Assembly: GCA_002104945.1 (NCBI GenBank)
Contig: MCFH01000037.1
Coordinates: forward strand, 372,001-436,000
From: Piromyces finnis finn
Lineage: Eukaryota > Fungi > Neocallimastigomycota
DNA: 64,000 bases
Direction of reading: 5' to 3'
Positions 1 to 13,792 of this stretch are shown here, piece by piece; the first letter of the stretch is position 1; every line of letters starts with the position of its first letter. A model generated the notes under the pieces. It saw only the letters and a program-made list of their open reading frames with translations, ran no database searches and was not told the origin of the DNA. The position numbers and the translations under genes are program-made.

Positions 1-161
1 TTGTTATTAATAAATAAAATAATTCTTTATTTTAATAATTTGATAATTCTTTATTTAAAATAAATCATTTATTTATTTATTTTAGTAATTATATTAATCA
101 TTAATCTATGATAGTATTAATAAAAAAATATAGTCAAAAATGACATACTTTAAGTCTTATT

Positions 162-2150
162 CTATAAATCATCATTCCAATGTTTCAAGTTATTATCATT
201 GAATGGATTTATATATTTATTTCTCACATCAGTTTTAATTGAATATTTAAAATCATTTATATAGTTAGAATCACAATTCATTCCTAATGCTTGACATATA
301 TATCTATATTTTGAAAGGATCCAATACTTTAAACCATACGCTTCTGTATCGAATAGAAAATTATATATAGTTGTGTATTCACTATTAGCGTCCCATTGTG
401 CCACAGAATAAATTTTAACAGAGGCATTAAATTGACCTGGATATTTTCCGTTAATATCAGGTTCTTTATCTTTTTGAACATATGGTTTAATTATCTTCTT
501 CAATTCATCAATATGAGGGAATAATATTGCTGGGTTAAAAGATTTACTAACTATTTCTTTTAAAATACTTACAAAACGTTCAGGATTATTTATAATTAAA
601 ATATTAATCAAATTACTTTTACTGGATCCAATCCAATCTACAAATGACTGTTTAGTATAGTCTTTATTCTCATCTTTGCTATATTGAAATAGATCATAAT
701 TGATTTGCCTATTTTCATCTTCTTGAATTGACATATTGGTGATTTTATTTAAATCTTGTCCAAATTCTGCATCAAAGTCATAAATTAAATATTTCCATTT
801 ATTATCATTTGCTTTATAGAAATAGAAATTATGATCGCTTGTGGGATAATGGTCCCATGAACCAAAAAGATATTCAAGTGCTATTTCTTTTAAAAATAAG
901 TCAATATCTAAAATATTTTCTACATCATCCGCTTTTTTTGCTTGTTCTATTGTACTTAAAAAATTTTTCCATTCTGAATGATTTGTTACATTTTCATTTT
1001 CATTTGGACAACCTTTATATGATTGTTCATTCAATCCATATGGTAGATTCTCGCATTTATATAATGTTGATGTATTTTTTTCACCAAAAACATATTCTAT
1101 CCAAGACGGTTTAATAGAATCCATTAAAATATAAAGGCCAATATATTCGTCATTTATATAGAGAGTAATGTAATTTGCAGAAATAGATGGAAGTCCTAAA
1201 CGATTATGAATATCACAGGCTAATTTGCTTCTTAAATATGTTGCATCACGAGCTCCAGGTCTTAATTTAAATTGCTTACGACCATACAAATTTTTTTTTC
1301 CACGAATTTTAATATTAATACATGGTTTGCCATACTCATTAGAACTTCTCCCACCAACTTTTACGGTCATTTCTTTAAACTTTTCTATTTTACTATTGTT
1401 ATATGTACTTTAATAATTAGAGTTTGATTATAAAATGTATAATATATTAATATATGAGGGAAAGGGCTATAAATCAATATAAATTTATATACTAAATATA
1501 ACTAAATTAATAAATACCCATTTAACTCAACAACCATCGAACTATTCTTTGTTTTATATTTTTTGGAATATAAAATATCATATTTTTCAATAGGACTAAA
1601 AACATTTGAAATCTTATTATATATTTTTACTTGTTTATCAGTTGTGTGCTGAAATTTATTTTGAAAAACATCTATAATATGTGTAATATTTATAGATGGA
1701 TTGTATTCTAACAGTTGTTTATTTAAAATAATATCATTTGAAAAATTAAATTCTTTAAAATTATTTTTCATTGACTTTAAACTTTCTAATATTTCATTAT
1801 CATTTATAATTGCATAACCTTTTTCATTTATCTTTAGTTGAGGAAGTAATTTAATATAATTATATTCAGGATATACTTCTTTAAAATTTATATCTTTTAA
1901 TATTTCTATAAAAGCTTTTAATTTTTTGGTATACTTTTTATTAATATAGTATTTAAAACTTTCCTCATGATGAATAGCATTATATTTAATTTTTTGAAAT
2001 TCATTCTCAGGTAGATTTATCTTAAAAACCGCAATTTCTTTATCAGTTAATTCAAATATTTTAGAACGTCGTCCCTTTTCAATAAAAGGGATACTTGCAA
2101 AAATACTAAAGACTATATTTTGAAAATATTATGATAAATATATAACACAT
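162..2150 (-). CDS. CotH-family (spore-coat kinase-like) secreted protein; 2 exons (2150-1518, 1407-162) with a 1-nt frameshift just after the start
   Basis: ORF 162..1370 has CotH motifs (LRSKLACD..NRLGLPSISANY..LYINDEY.GLY..MD; YLFGSWDHY...HNFY.YK; YDFDAEFGQD). The frame of ORF 1502..1771 is open back to 2128 (..SIPFIEKGRRSKIFELTDKEIAVFKINLPENEF..). A GT..AG intron 1517-1408 (branch-like CTAAT before the acceptor) joins ELNG to TYNNSKIEKFKEMTVK in frame. The ATG at 2150 (MCYIFIII) is one base out of frame at an A4 run (2123-2126). No C-terminal Cys-rich dockerin is visible. Confidence 0.85.
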
Positions 2151-3279
2151 AAGAAAAAAAAAATATTAATTTAATAAATTTTAAAATTGAAATTCCATTC
2201 TTAATTTTAAAAGCATTTAAAATAAAAAAAATTGTTAATAAAACAATAAATATTTATATTTACTTTGAATGAAAAATACATAATATTTATAAACTATATT
2301 CATTTTTATTCAGTTCGTTTATTCATATATAATAATTGGTTCATTTTATTTTTTATTTTTATTTTTAAAGTATAAAAATTATTTAAAAATTACTTTTTTC
2401 TTTTCAACTTTCACTAAATTAAATTTTAACATTTTATATTTTAAATGTAAAAAATATATTCATTGTTGTTCAAGCCACAAGTAAACAAAATTACATTAAT
2501 ATATTTATTTTGAAATTTTTTTAAATTTTTATTTATTAATATTTATTAATAATAGGATTATTTAAATCATTATTAAAGTATTTATGGTTAATTATAAATA
2601 AAACAAAGAATTTTTAATAAATAAATATTAAATAATATCTACATTGAAAAAAGTATTATAGTGTTTTATTTTATTTAAAATGTATCAATTTCTTTAAAAT
2701 ATCTAACATATATGGTCTTTTATTTCATTTTTTTTTACTTAAAAAAATTAAGACTAAATTTAAAAAATATACATTTATTATTATCATTATTATTTTCAAT
2801 ATAAATTTATAATTAAAAGTTTCATTTTTCTTTTTTATTTACATTTATGTATTTGAAATGTTTACATTCTGTACCTAAGATTTAATATTTTATAATGTAA
2901 TAAATTAATGGATAATTTTGATGATGTGTAATGTGTATAATTAACATTATATTTAATTAATTTTAAATTATATCTTAATAATTTTTATATATTATTTATT
3001 AGTTTCTTAAATTTTAAAAAAATTTTGAATTTTCTTTCTTAAAAAATAAATATAAAGAGTTACAAAGAGAAATAAATAAAAAAACAATAAATAGTTTAAT
3101 TATAACTACAATACCATAAAAGAAAGAAAAAAAATTTTTATCAAAAAAAAGTATTCCAATTTTATATTAAAAATAAACAAATACACTTTATTTATATCAA
3201 AATATCAAAATATTTATATCAATTACAAGCAATCAATTCATAAACAATAGAAATTATTATATAAATACATAAATAAAAA

Positions 3280-3922
3280 ATGAAGATTCGTCAAGTTAAT
3301 AGAACAGCAACTATGGCCTGGTCACCAGGTCAACATTCACCATTAGTTGCATTAGGTACTGCTTCTGGAGCACTTGATCCTACTTTTAGTACTAAATCCG
3401 AATTAGAAATTTTTGACCTTGATTTAGACAAGGGTCGTACATCAGACATTGAAATGAAAAGAATTGGTATTGCAAGTACAAACTCAAGGTAATAATAAAT
3501 AATATTATTATTGTGTTAATAAATAAGAAAAATAGTACTATTATTAAATTTTATTCATAAATTATATTATATAATAATTAATAATAATGTTTGTTATTTT
3601 GTTTATAATATTGTTTTAAAACATTTTTAATAATGAATATATTTATAAATATAAGATTCAATCGTTTAGCTTGGGGAACTATTGGTGATCGTTCAAAACC
3701 ATATGGAATTTTAGCAGCTGGTATGGAAAATGGTGATTTAGAATTTTGGAATCCAAAGGGTATTATGAATGGTGACGCCAATGCACTTTTAATGAGACAT
3801 TCAATGCACAGTGGACCAGTTCGTGGTTTAGATTTTAATCCATTCCAAGGAAATTTATTAGCTTCTAGTTCTAGTGATGGAGAAGTAATTATAAAAAATA
3901 AAATAATATATATATTTATAAA

Positions 3923-4011
<89 letters not shown>

Positions 4012-7000
4012 ATTGTTTTAATACTAAATATGATATCTAAATTTTTATTATTTTAAAAAATATTTTATTATTTTATAATATTATTAATAATATTCCATAC
4101 ATTATACATTGTAACAATATTTTACTCCAATTATGCAATTTTGTATCATAAATAAAACATTAAATAGTTATTTATTTGGGATTTAAATAATCCAACAAAA
4201 CCATATTCCCCAGGTTCAAAATCACAAAAATTAGAAGATGTCACTAGTGTTGCCTGGAACAGAAAATTTTCATACATTTTAGCTAGTACCAGTAATAATG
4301 GTAACACTGTAGTTTGGGATTTAAGAAACAGAAAAGAAATTATTTGTCTTCAACATCCATTAGGTCGTAGACCAATTACTTCAGTTACTTGGAACCCAGA
4401 TGAAGTAATTTTATTTTATTTTTATTTTAATTATTTTTAAGAGTTTTATCAATTATATTTTTATAATTCTAATATTCTAATAATAATCTTTTTAAATACT
4501 ATATATAATTAAATCTTTAAAATATTTTTTTTTTAAATTTCAATCATCACTAATTGACTAATAATTCAATTAAATAATTAATATTATGATATATAATGCA
4601 GTCTACTCAATTCATTGCTTCTTGTGATGATGATAGTTCTCCAATTATTCATTTATGGGATTTACGTAATGCCAGAGCTCCAAAGATGGTAAATAATCAT
4701 TATTGAAAATAATAAGATCTTTATTATAACAATCTAAATTTTAGAATATATTATTTTTGTTAAAATATTATAAATTATAAATAAGTAAATTAATAAGTAA
4801 TATTAAATTTTATTATTAATTATTTTATCTAATAAAAAAATTATATATTAAAATCATATATAGGGATTACAAGGTCATACTAAGGGTGTACTTTCTGTTT
4901 CATGGTGTCCAAAGGATTCAGATTTATTATTGAGTGCTGGTAAGGATAATCGTACTATTTGTTGGAACCCAACAACCGGTGAAATGATCGGCGAATTTGA
5001 AAGAAGCGATAACTGGACTTTCGATGCTCAATGGAATTACAGAAACCCAGATTTCGTCAGTGTTTGTAGTTATGATGGAAGTGTTAAACTTTTCTCATTA
5101 CAAAATGAATCATCTGAAGAAAATAATACTCAAGATCCAAATGCTCAACAAACTAATAATGATCCATTCAATATTGATAACAAAATGGACAACCAAACTT
5201 CATTCTCATTAAAGCAACCACCAAAGTGGTATAAAAGACCAGTTGGTGCTGTTTGGTCTTTTGGATCAAAATTAATTATGTTTAATGAAAAACAAACACA
5301 TTCTATTCAATTACCACAACAACAACAACAAGCTCAAATTCATCAACAAGTTAAGAACCCAAGCGTTATTATTAAGAAAGTTGTTTCTGAACCAGCATTT
5401 GTTAATAGTGTTGATAAGTTAGATGCTGCTGAAAGAGATGCTTCATTTGATTCTTACATGAACTTCTGTGATGAAAAAATAAAGGAACTTGAAGCTAATC
5501 CAAAGGCTGAAGAACAAGAAAAAACTATATGGTCATTCTTAAAGGTTATGTTTGATAAATCACCAAGAGAAAAAATGTTAGAATTTTTAGGATTTGAAAG
5601 ATCTAAGCTTACTCAAGATGAACTTGTTGAAATCTTAAGAAGATTGAACATTGAGCCAAGTTTACCACCAAAATCACCAGAACCAGAAGTTCAAAAACCT
5701 GTAGAAATTCCTCCACCAATTTCAAATAATGATAATAATGATGCTCTATTTGGAGGTAATGCTGATGGTCAACAAAATTTCTATGAAAACATGACACCAA
5801 CAGTTGAGCAACAACAACAACAACAACAACAACCAGTTGCTACTGAAGTTGATCAAATTGAAAGTAAACCAGAAAAAGTATTTATTCAAGATTCTATTAA
5901 GCTTTTCCCAAATGGTCAATCTAATGATTCTGATTCAGAATCTACCATTGATTCTATGATTACTAAGTATCTTTTAATTGGTGATTTTGATGCTGCTGTT
6001 CAACTTTGTTTCTCAACTGATCGTTTAGCTGATGCTTTAATTATGGCTATTTGTGGTAGCCCAGAACTTTTAGCTAAAGCTAGAGAAGAATTTTTCAAGA
6101 GAAAGAGAAACGAAAAGGTTTACATGGCTGTACTTGAAAATATTGCTAATGGTCATGTTAAAGAAATGATAAACTGTATTGACTTAAATGATTCTATGGA
6201 AAAGGGTTCTTGGAAGGATATTATGGCTTTAATCTGTACATACGCTAAAATGGACGAATTTGCCAGTCTTTGCGGCTTACTTGGTCAGAAATTAGAACAA
6301 AAGGTTAACCAAGGATTAAGTCAAAATCCAAAAGATGCTGAAGACAGCAAGTTAGCCTCAGTTTTATGTTACTTAGCTGCTGGTGAATTAGATAAAGTTA
6401 TTGAAATTTGGTTATCAGATGAAAATGCTGCTAAATATACATTATCTAAACCTTCTGAATACTCTGAATATGCTGATAAAATTCAAAGGGTAGTTGAACG
6501 TGTTACTATTTTAAGAAAAGCTATTTCATTTATTGATACCGAATTTGTTAATAATGCACCAGAAAAGGAAGGTCAATTTGCTTTACATAAGCTTTACGAA
6601 AAATACGCTGAATACGCTGAAATATTGGTATCTCAAGGTAAATTAGACGAAGCTTGGACTTTCCTTGAATTAATTCCAGAATCCTTCCAATTCTGGGGAA
6701 CTGAATTAGTTCAAAGTCTTCGTGACCGTATTTTCCGTAATGGTAATTACAGTGTTCCAGATGGTCGTCAACCACCACAACCACCATATGAAATTACTGA
6801 TATTACATATGTTCCACAACAACAACCACAACAGCAAATGAATTATGGCAATTATATGAATACTAATGCAAATACTTATGGAAGTCAAATGTATCAACCA
6901 ACTTATAATACTCCAAATTATGCAAACCCATCTGGTACTGCTGGTCAAGCATACTCTACTAATAATTTATACTACAATCAAAATACAACTGCCCAAACTT

Positions 7001-8085
7001 CTCAATATTCAACTTACACTCAACCATCATATAATAATCTTATGAACAATAGTATGCCACCAACTAATACTATGCCTGTAAAAACAACACCGCCATTATA
7101 TGGTGGTAGTACAACTAATTCAACCACAAATATGTATAGTGGAAATTACACACAACCAAATATTCCAAAACCAGTTGCTCAAGAATCTATTGCCAATTCA
7201 CTTACTTCACCTGTTCCTCCACCATCTACATTAAATAAGCAACCATCTGCTGCTGGAGGTTTCCATGATCCACCAAAGGTTGAATACAAGCGTTCACCAT
7301 ATGTTTCTTACCCAACCTTAAACGCACCAAAAGCTGGAAATTATAATACATATCCAGTTTCGCCATACAATGCCCCAGCTACTTTAACTAGTCCACTACA
7401 ACCAAATTCTAATATCCCAGGTAATAATGGTGAAGCCTATACTTCAACAACTTCTGCTACTACAGCATCTCGTAATGATTTCACTCCACCACCATTACCA
7501 AATATCTATGGTCTTAACAGCACTAGTGGATATAATAATCTCCCAACTATTAGCAACTCATTAAATGGAAATCCAATTCCGGAATCAAAGCCAGCCATTC
7601 CTCAAAACACACCACCAATGATGGGACAAAGTCAACCACAAATGTACTCTTCAATGAATGGTCCAATGAATCCTGTAGCTCCACCACAACAAGTAGAAGA
7701 ACAACCACCAGCTAAGCCAAGATATCCAGAAGGTGATAGAACTCATATTCCAGAAGAATATAAAAGTATTGAACCTTCTTTAACAAAAGTATTACAATAC
7801 GCAACTCAATGTGGTGGCAACCAACGTATCTTAGATGATGCTCAAAAGAAGTTTAATTCTTTCTATGATCAACTTAATAATGATGAAATTTCTGATAAAG
7901 CTGCCCTTAACCGTTTAGTTGATTTATGTAAAGTACTCGATATTAATGATTTAATGACTGCTCAAACCATTAATATGGAATTAATGACCACTAAGTTTGA
8001 AGCTTTTGGACATGTTCTTCAATGTATAAAGCGTTTATTAGATATATTATCTAGAGCTTATATGAGTCAACAACAAGGTTATTAG
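3280..8085 (+). CDS. SEC31: COPII outer-coat protein Sec31; 5 exons (3280-3488, 3656-3884, 4168-4404, 4602-4688, 4864-8085)
   Basis: N-terminus MKIRQVNRTATMAWSP..ALGTASGALD..FST, WD40 repeats (RFNRLAW, HSGPVRGLDFNPFQ..LLAS, LFIWDLNNP, VVWDLR, WCPKDSDLLLSAGKDNR), KQPPKWYKRP motif, alpha-solenoid, Pro-rich region and C-terminal helical domain. All four introns are GT..AG and keep frame. Confidence 0.96.
3923..4009 (+). repeat. (ATT)n microsatellite in Sec31 intron 2
   Basis: About 29 perfect ATT units; this causes the spurious poly-Leu in ORF 3633..4040. Confidence 0.95.
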
Positions 8086-8309
8086 ATTTAGAAAAATAAA
8101 TAAATAAGTACTTTAAAAAAGAGAAAAAAATAATTAAAAATAAATTTATAAATAATAAACCTTTATTCTATAAAAGAAATGATATACATTTTTTTTTTAT
8201 TTATTATGAATGAAAAAAAAAAAAGAAAAAAGAAAAAAGAAAAGAAAAGAAATGGATATGAAATTCACTTTTAGTTTTTTTTTTTTTTTTTTTTTTTTTT
8301 CTTTCTAAA

Positions 8310-8346
<37 letters not shown>

Positions 8347-8363
8347 AATAAATAAATATTAAA

Positions 8364-8400
<37 letters not shown>

Positions 8401-10469
8401 TAAAAATTATAATATTAATAACAACAAATCAATAAAGCAATAATAAGCAAAAACAACTTATAATAATAATAATAATAACTATAATATATAAAAAAATAAA
8501 AAAAAAAAAAAAAAATATTTTTAAAAATAATAGCATATAATATCTAATAATAATAATAATAAAATTAAAAAAAAAAAAAAAAAAAGAAAAAAGAAAAAAA
8601 AAGAAAAGAAAAGAATATATATATATATATATTTTTTTTTTTTACAATTTACTTTTTTTTTTTTTTTTTCATTTTTATGTAAACAAGCAAACTGAAATAA
8701 ATCACTTTTATTTAATAATAATAAAAATAGTAGTAGGGTTTATAAAAGAAATTTTATTTAAAAAATAAAAGAAAAAAACTATTTATAATTTTTTTATTTA
8801 TCAAAATATTAAGAAGTTATATTATTATAATATAGATTATATGACAGATATAATATATAATATAATTGTAAGTGAAATAATCATTAGAGAAATATATCAA
8901 TTTTAGACTGGGTATTTCATATTTAAAAAAAAATATTGTAATTGTAATGTCACTACTATTTTTATAAATTGATTTTTTATTATTAATTTAATTAAAGCAT
9001 TTATTATTTAATTATTTAATTATATACAATATATCAATTTATGATTTATTATATATTATTTATCTTTTATAAATAAAACTATTATGTATTTAATGACATT
9101 TTTATTTTAAAAATAAGAATTAAATGTTCATTATAAAAAGGTTAAAAAAGTCAAAAAATAATAATAATAGTAATAGTAATAGTAATAGTAATAGTAATAG
9201 TAATAGTAATAATAACAATAACAAAAATAGAATAAGTTATTTAGTTTTAAATCTTTGTAGATTATAATAGGATAAATATTGTAATCATATTAATAATTTT
9301 AAAAATGGTAATTCATAATGATTAATAAATCATAAAAAGGCAACACTTGAATTATAATATTAAATTTATTTATTTTTCTTTTAATGAATGATATTAGTTG
9401 CACACACAAATAGACTTGATATATAACACATGATATATATATAATAATAAATAATTTATATTTTTCTTTTAGTAACTATTAGTAATAATAAATTACTTTG
9501 GAAAAGTCAAATAAAATTTCTGTAAATAATCATTTGGAAAACTAAAGATAAAAAATATTCTAGAATGAAAAAATAAGAAGTTATATATCGTATTTTTATT
9601 TATTTTACTAACAACTTAAAATTAATTGAAATAATATTTTGATAATTTAACTCTTAATATTTGATATTAAAACTATTTTAAAATAATTATTTAAATAATT
9701 ACTAGTGTTTTCTTTAAAAAAAAAACTATTCGGAAATAACCTGATATAAGATAGAGATATACCAGATTAATATCTTTATAATTTTAAATTTATAAATTTA
9801 GAGGCATATATCTTATATTTTTGTTTATCCTTCTAAAAAATGATTGACTAGATTATTTTTTTATTTAAAAAAAGAAGTTTTATTTTATCTTTTATTCTAG
9901 GTATTATTATTAAATTGTTAAATACTACAATTACCAACTATCATTATTTTTTGTTGTTTCAATTAAGCAATTATTTTAAAATTATAAATCATGACATGTT
10001 TAATATTATTATTATATTAGGACGCTTATATTTAAACAAAACAATTATAATAAAATTATCTAAGTGGATAATGATTCAAACAAAATAAAAATATACTTAA
10101 TTCAAAAAATTTTAAGCTATATTTATAATTTATCAAGAATTAAGCTCATAAATAGATTAAATCATGGAATAATAATTAGAATTTTTTTTATAGATACTCG
10201 AGAATATTTCTAACATTAGGAATTTCGAGAATTCGATAAATATTTTATTACAATAATAATGATAATTAATATATTTAGTCTTCATAACAATTTTAGGACA
10301 TGAATATATTTGATTTAGCAAAAAAAAAAAAAAAAAAAAAAAAACTTAATAAAATATTTCATGGGTTTATCTATATAAATAGATAAAGTATAGAGTAATA
10401 TGCATTATAGTAGAAAAAATTTATTTTTATATTTTGTTTTTGAGATAATAGGATTTCATAGGAAATTTT

Positions 10470-11225
10470 TCATTTAATTTTTGAAGTAAGTGTGTGAGCT
10501 TTATAACAGTTGTTATTGCTATTATAGTTATTATTATTATGCCTTTGAAAGTTATTGTTACTATTAATGTATGATTTATGGTTGTTGAAATGAGAATGTC
10601 TCCTCTTGTTAGATTTAAAACACTGATTAATCTTATCCATGGTAGAGAAATAATTTTCAATCAAAATACATTTAGTGACAATAGATTCCATGGTAGTAGG
10701 AAATTCATCCATCTTCTCAATTTCTTTTTTATATTTGGGATGTAACCCTTTATAAAAAAATAGAGCTAAAAATTCTTCATCAAATTTAAATTGTTGGGAA
10801 AGAGAGTAGAATTCTTTAATATATTCATTTAATCTACCATATTGTTGCTTCAAGTGTATCATTTTAATTTTAGCTATCTTTTGATTAAAATTAGTAAAAT
10901 GGGCTTTCATAATACTATCATGATCTAGATCTAGCTTAATTGAAGTAGATTTGTTACCTTCAAATGCTATGGATTTATGAGTAGCAATTCTATCGTAATC
11001 GGTTTTCGGAAATGGTTGTTTGCCTTCATTCCGGATATTGTGATTATTATTCAAGTTTGTTAAAATACCTATAATTTTAGTCAAACGGTTATTAACATCA
11101 TTCGAGAAGTTTTGAAAATCGTCACGGAAAACCAAATTTTCATCAATGCTTTCAATAATATTTCTAACATTCTGAGTTACATTTTCTTTAACTTCATCCG
11201 GATAATTAGGAACTTGGGCAAACAT
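10470..11225 (-). mobile_element. Isolated retrotransposon Gag (capsid)-like ORF, about 251 aa from ATG 11225; no adjacent pol or recognisable LTR
   Basis: Segment KMIHLKQQYGRLNEYIKEFYSLSQQFKFDEEFLALFFYKGLHPKYK resembles the Ty3/gypsy gag major-homology pattern (LxQ-G-xxEY-xxF ... FxxGL), followed by an Asn-rich tail. No CCHC knuckle. The ORF-track start at 11294 is a TTG. Confidence 0.65.
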
Positions 11226-13596
11226 TCTAAAATAGCTACTAAACAGTAGGTAAAGATTATTGTTAAATTTTATAGTAAAAGAATTTTTTTTCAATAAATA
11301 ATATTTAATTAAAGAATAATACTTGTTTTATAAAATAATATAAAATTTTGAATAAGTATAATCTTTACAAAGAATTAAAATAATATTAAAATTTGTTCTC
11401 TTTTATATCTTTTGTAAATTTAGAAAATAAAAATAAATTAGTATTATTAATACATGGGGTGAAAATTAATAAATTTTAGAGTCATGATTTGAATAAAGCA
11501 TAATCATAAAAACTATTATTATTAGCTAACATAATTAATTAAACTGTAATTTATTAAAAATGATTTTAAAAATAATGTTAACATATTATATTAATAAAAA
11601 TTGTTAATTAAAGAATGATAATAGTTACACATAAATACATGCCATTAACCTAATTTATAATAATTAAAATTATTTCATTTATGCATGAATACAGTTACAC
11701 CTAAATGGTTTAGTTCTATTTTTAGTAACAGTCATTTTTATTAATTAATTTAATATAACTAGAATTCTTATTGATATATTTTTAATTTTTATAAAGTCAT
11801 AAGAAAATGACTTTATGATCTATATCTTATATCATGCTGGTTTTAATTTACCTATTAAAATTTTTAAATAATCATATCTTCCTTAAATGACCACTTAGAA
11901 GGACCGCAATTATACCAAAATACAACTTTTCTCCTAAGCTTTCCAATAAATTTGGTTTCATAACCGTCGCGCTCATTTTTTGGCGAATTACACCATGCTT
12001 TGTGTTTATTTTTCATTAAGGATTATAGTATATTGATATTAAATTTTTGAAAGCATAACCTTTCAATGAATCAATTATTAAAAGGTGACTTTTAAGGGTG
12101 TTTTAAAATAATTATTGAAATTATTTAATTATAATTTTTATGTTTAGTTGATATAGATATTATTTGAATTTATTTTAAATCCGGTTAATATCTTCACAAG
12201 TTATTTATATTATTTATTTGTATTATATTTTTATATGGGCAATATACCATTAATGATGCGTTGACCGATATATTTGTGAATAATATAATGTTTTTAATAA
12301 ATAATAAATTCTATATTATAATGATGAAACAATAAATTTAAAATAAAATAAAATATGTTTTATAATTAACAAATAAATCACTCAAAACTCGAAAATAAAC
12401 TCTTATTATGTTTTAAATTAAATCTTTATTATATTTTATAATTTATTTATTATCTGTTTATGGTCTTTTTATTCTCTATTTATTGTCCGCCTTTATAAAG
12501 AAGAATTTTATCTTCCTTTTATACATTTTCATTTATTACATGTATTATTATTTTTAACTATTAAATGTTATTATTACTATTGTTATTATTTATTAAAATT
12601 AAAAGAATAAATTAAAATTATGTCTTAGTATTATAAAATATTATAGAATATTACTTATTTGATTTTCTTATTACTTCAAAATGTTTAAATTTAGAAAAAT
12701 TATTATAAATTATCATTGACTATCATTAAATGTATAATACCTTGAATAAAATAATTAAAATTTAAAATTAAAATAATGTTAAAATAAAATTAAAATAAAA
12801 TTAAAATAAAAATTTAACAAAATTAAAATATTAAAAGTATCAATTATTATAAACACTCATTTTATACAGAAACATAAAAGAGTTCTGTATTTTATCTTTG
12901 GAATTGTTATTATTGTTCTATTTCCAGGTTTTAAGTTTATCATTTTAGTAATAATTACTCAATTAGTTATTTTTTTAATTTATAAGTTTAAGAGTATTTC
13001 TAAAGAACATTTGGATAAACACTAGAATTAATAATTTGATGTATATCATTTTATTTTTAGTTTATTTATTCATTTTTATTTATTTATTATTATTTTATTA
13101 TTTTAGTACATTATTGGATTAAGTCGTTTTATTTTATTTAATAATTTATTTTATTTAATAATTTATTTTATTTAATAATTTATTTTATTATTATCACTAT
13201 TAGGTCGTTTTTACTCAGAATTTATTATATAATAAAGATAATATTATTTATTTAAAGAAAGGGTTATATTTTCATAAAATTATTATTCATTCATCTTTAA
13301 GGGTTATTATTGTTTATTTTTATTATAAGTTACTATGGGTTAAGTCGTGTGTAAAAGTTTTACTAAACTTATAATTTAATATTAAAATATCAAATTAAAT
13401 AAAAGGTTAAAAGATAACTAGGTTAGAAAAAAAAAAAATGTTTTATTAAAATAATCTTAATTGATTTATAAATGAATAATTAAATTATATATTATGGTTA
13501 AAATAATTTCTTTTATTTTATTTAATAATATATTGCTAAAATATAATAATAAGATTATTTAGTAGTAATACTCATTAAGTATTAATTATTATTAAT

Positions 13597-13792
13597 AGTT
13601 AATAATTTCTAGTTAATAATCTATAGTTAATAATTTATAGTTAATAATTCATAGTTAATAATTTATAGTTAATAATTTATAGTTAATAATTCATAGTTAA
13701 TAATTTATAGTTAATAATTTCTAGTTAATAATTCATAGTTAATAATTTATAGTTAATAATTTATAGTTAATAATTTATAGTTAATAATCTTT
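13597..13792. repeat. Minisatellite, 14 x 14-bp unit AGTTAATAAT(T/C)(T/C)(A/C)T
   Basis: Head-to-tail units with no spacers; variation is confined to the last four positions. Confidence 0.92.

Noticed and set aside
3633-4040. 135-aa ORF with poly-Leu
   Set aside because: It is Sec31 exon 2 read through into an intronic (ATT)n repeat.
11820-12300. Slightly GC-richer patch with short open frames upstream of the lone gag ORF
   Set aside because: No recognisable motif, paired LTR or ORF longer than about 50 codons; it cannot be supported as a feature.
13130-13190. 17-bp AT-only unit repeated three times, with nearby GTCGT motifs
   Set aside because: Low complexity; consistent with replication slippage.
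13597-13792. Regular short-repeat array as a possible CRISPR
   Set aside because: Units are contiguous with no unique spacers, no cas genes are present, and the context is eukaryotic.
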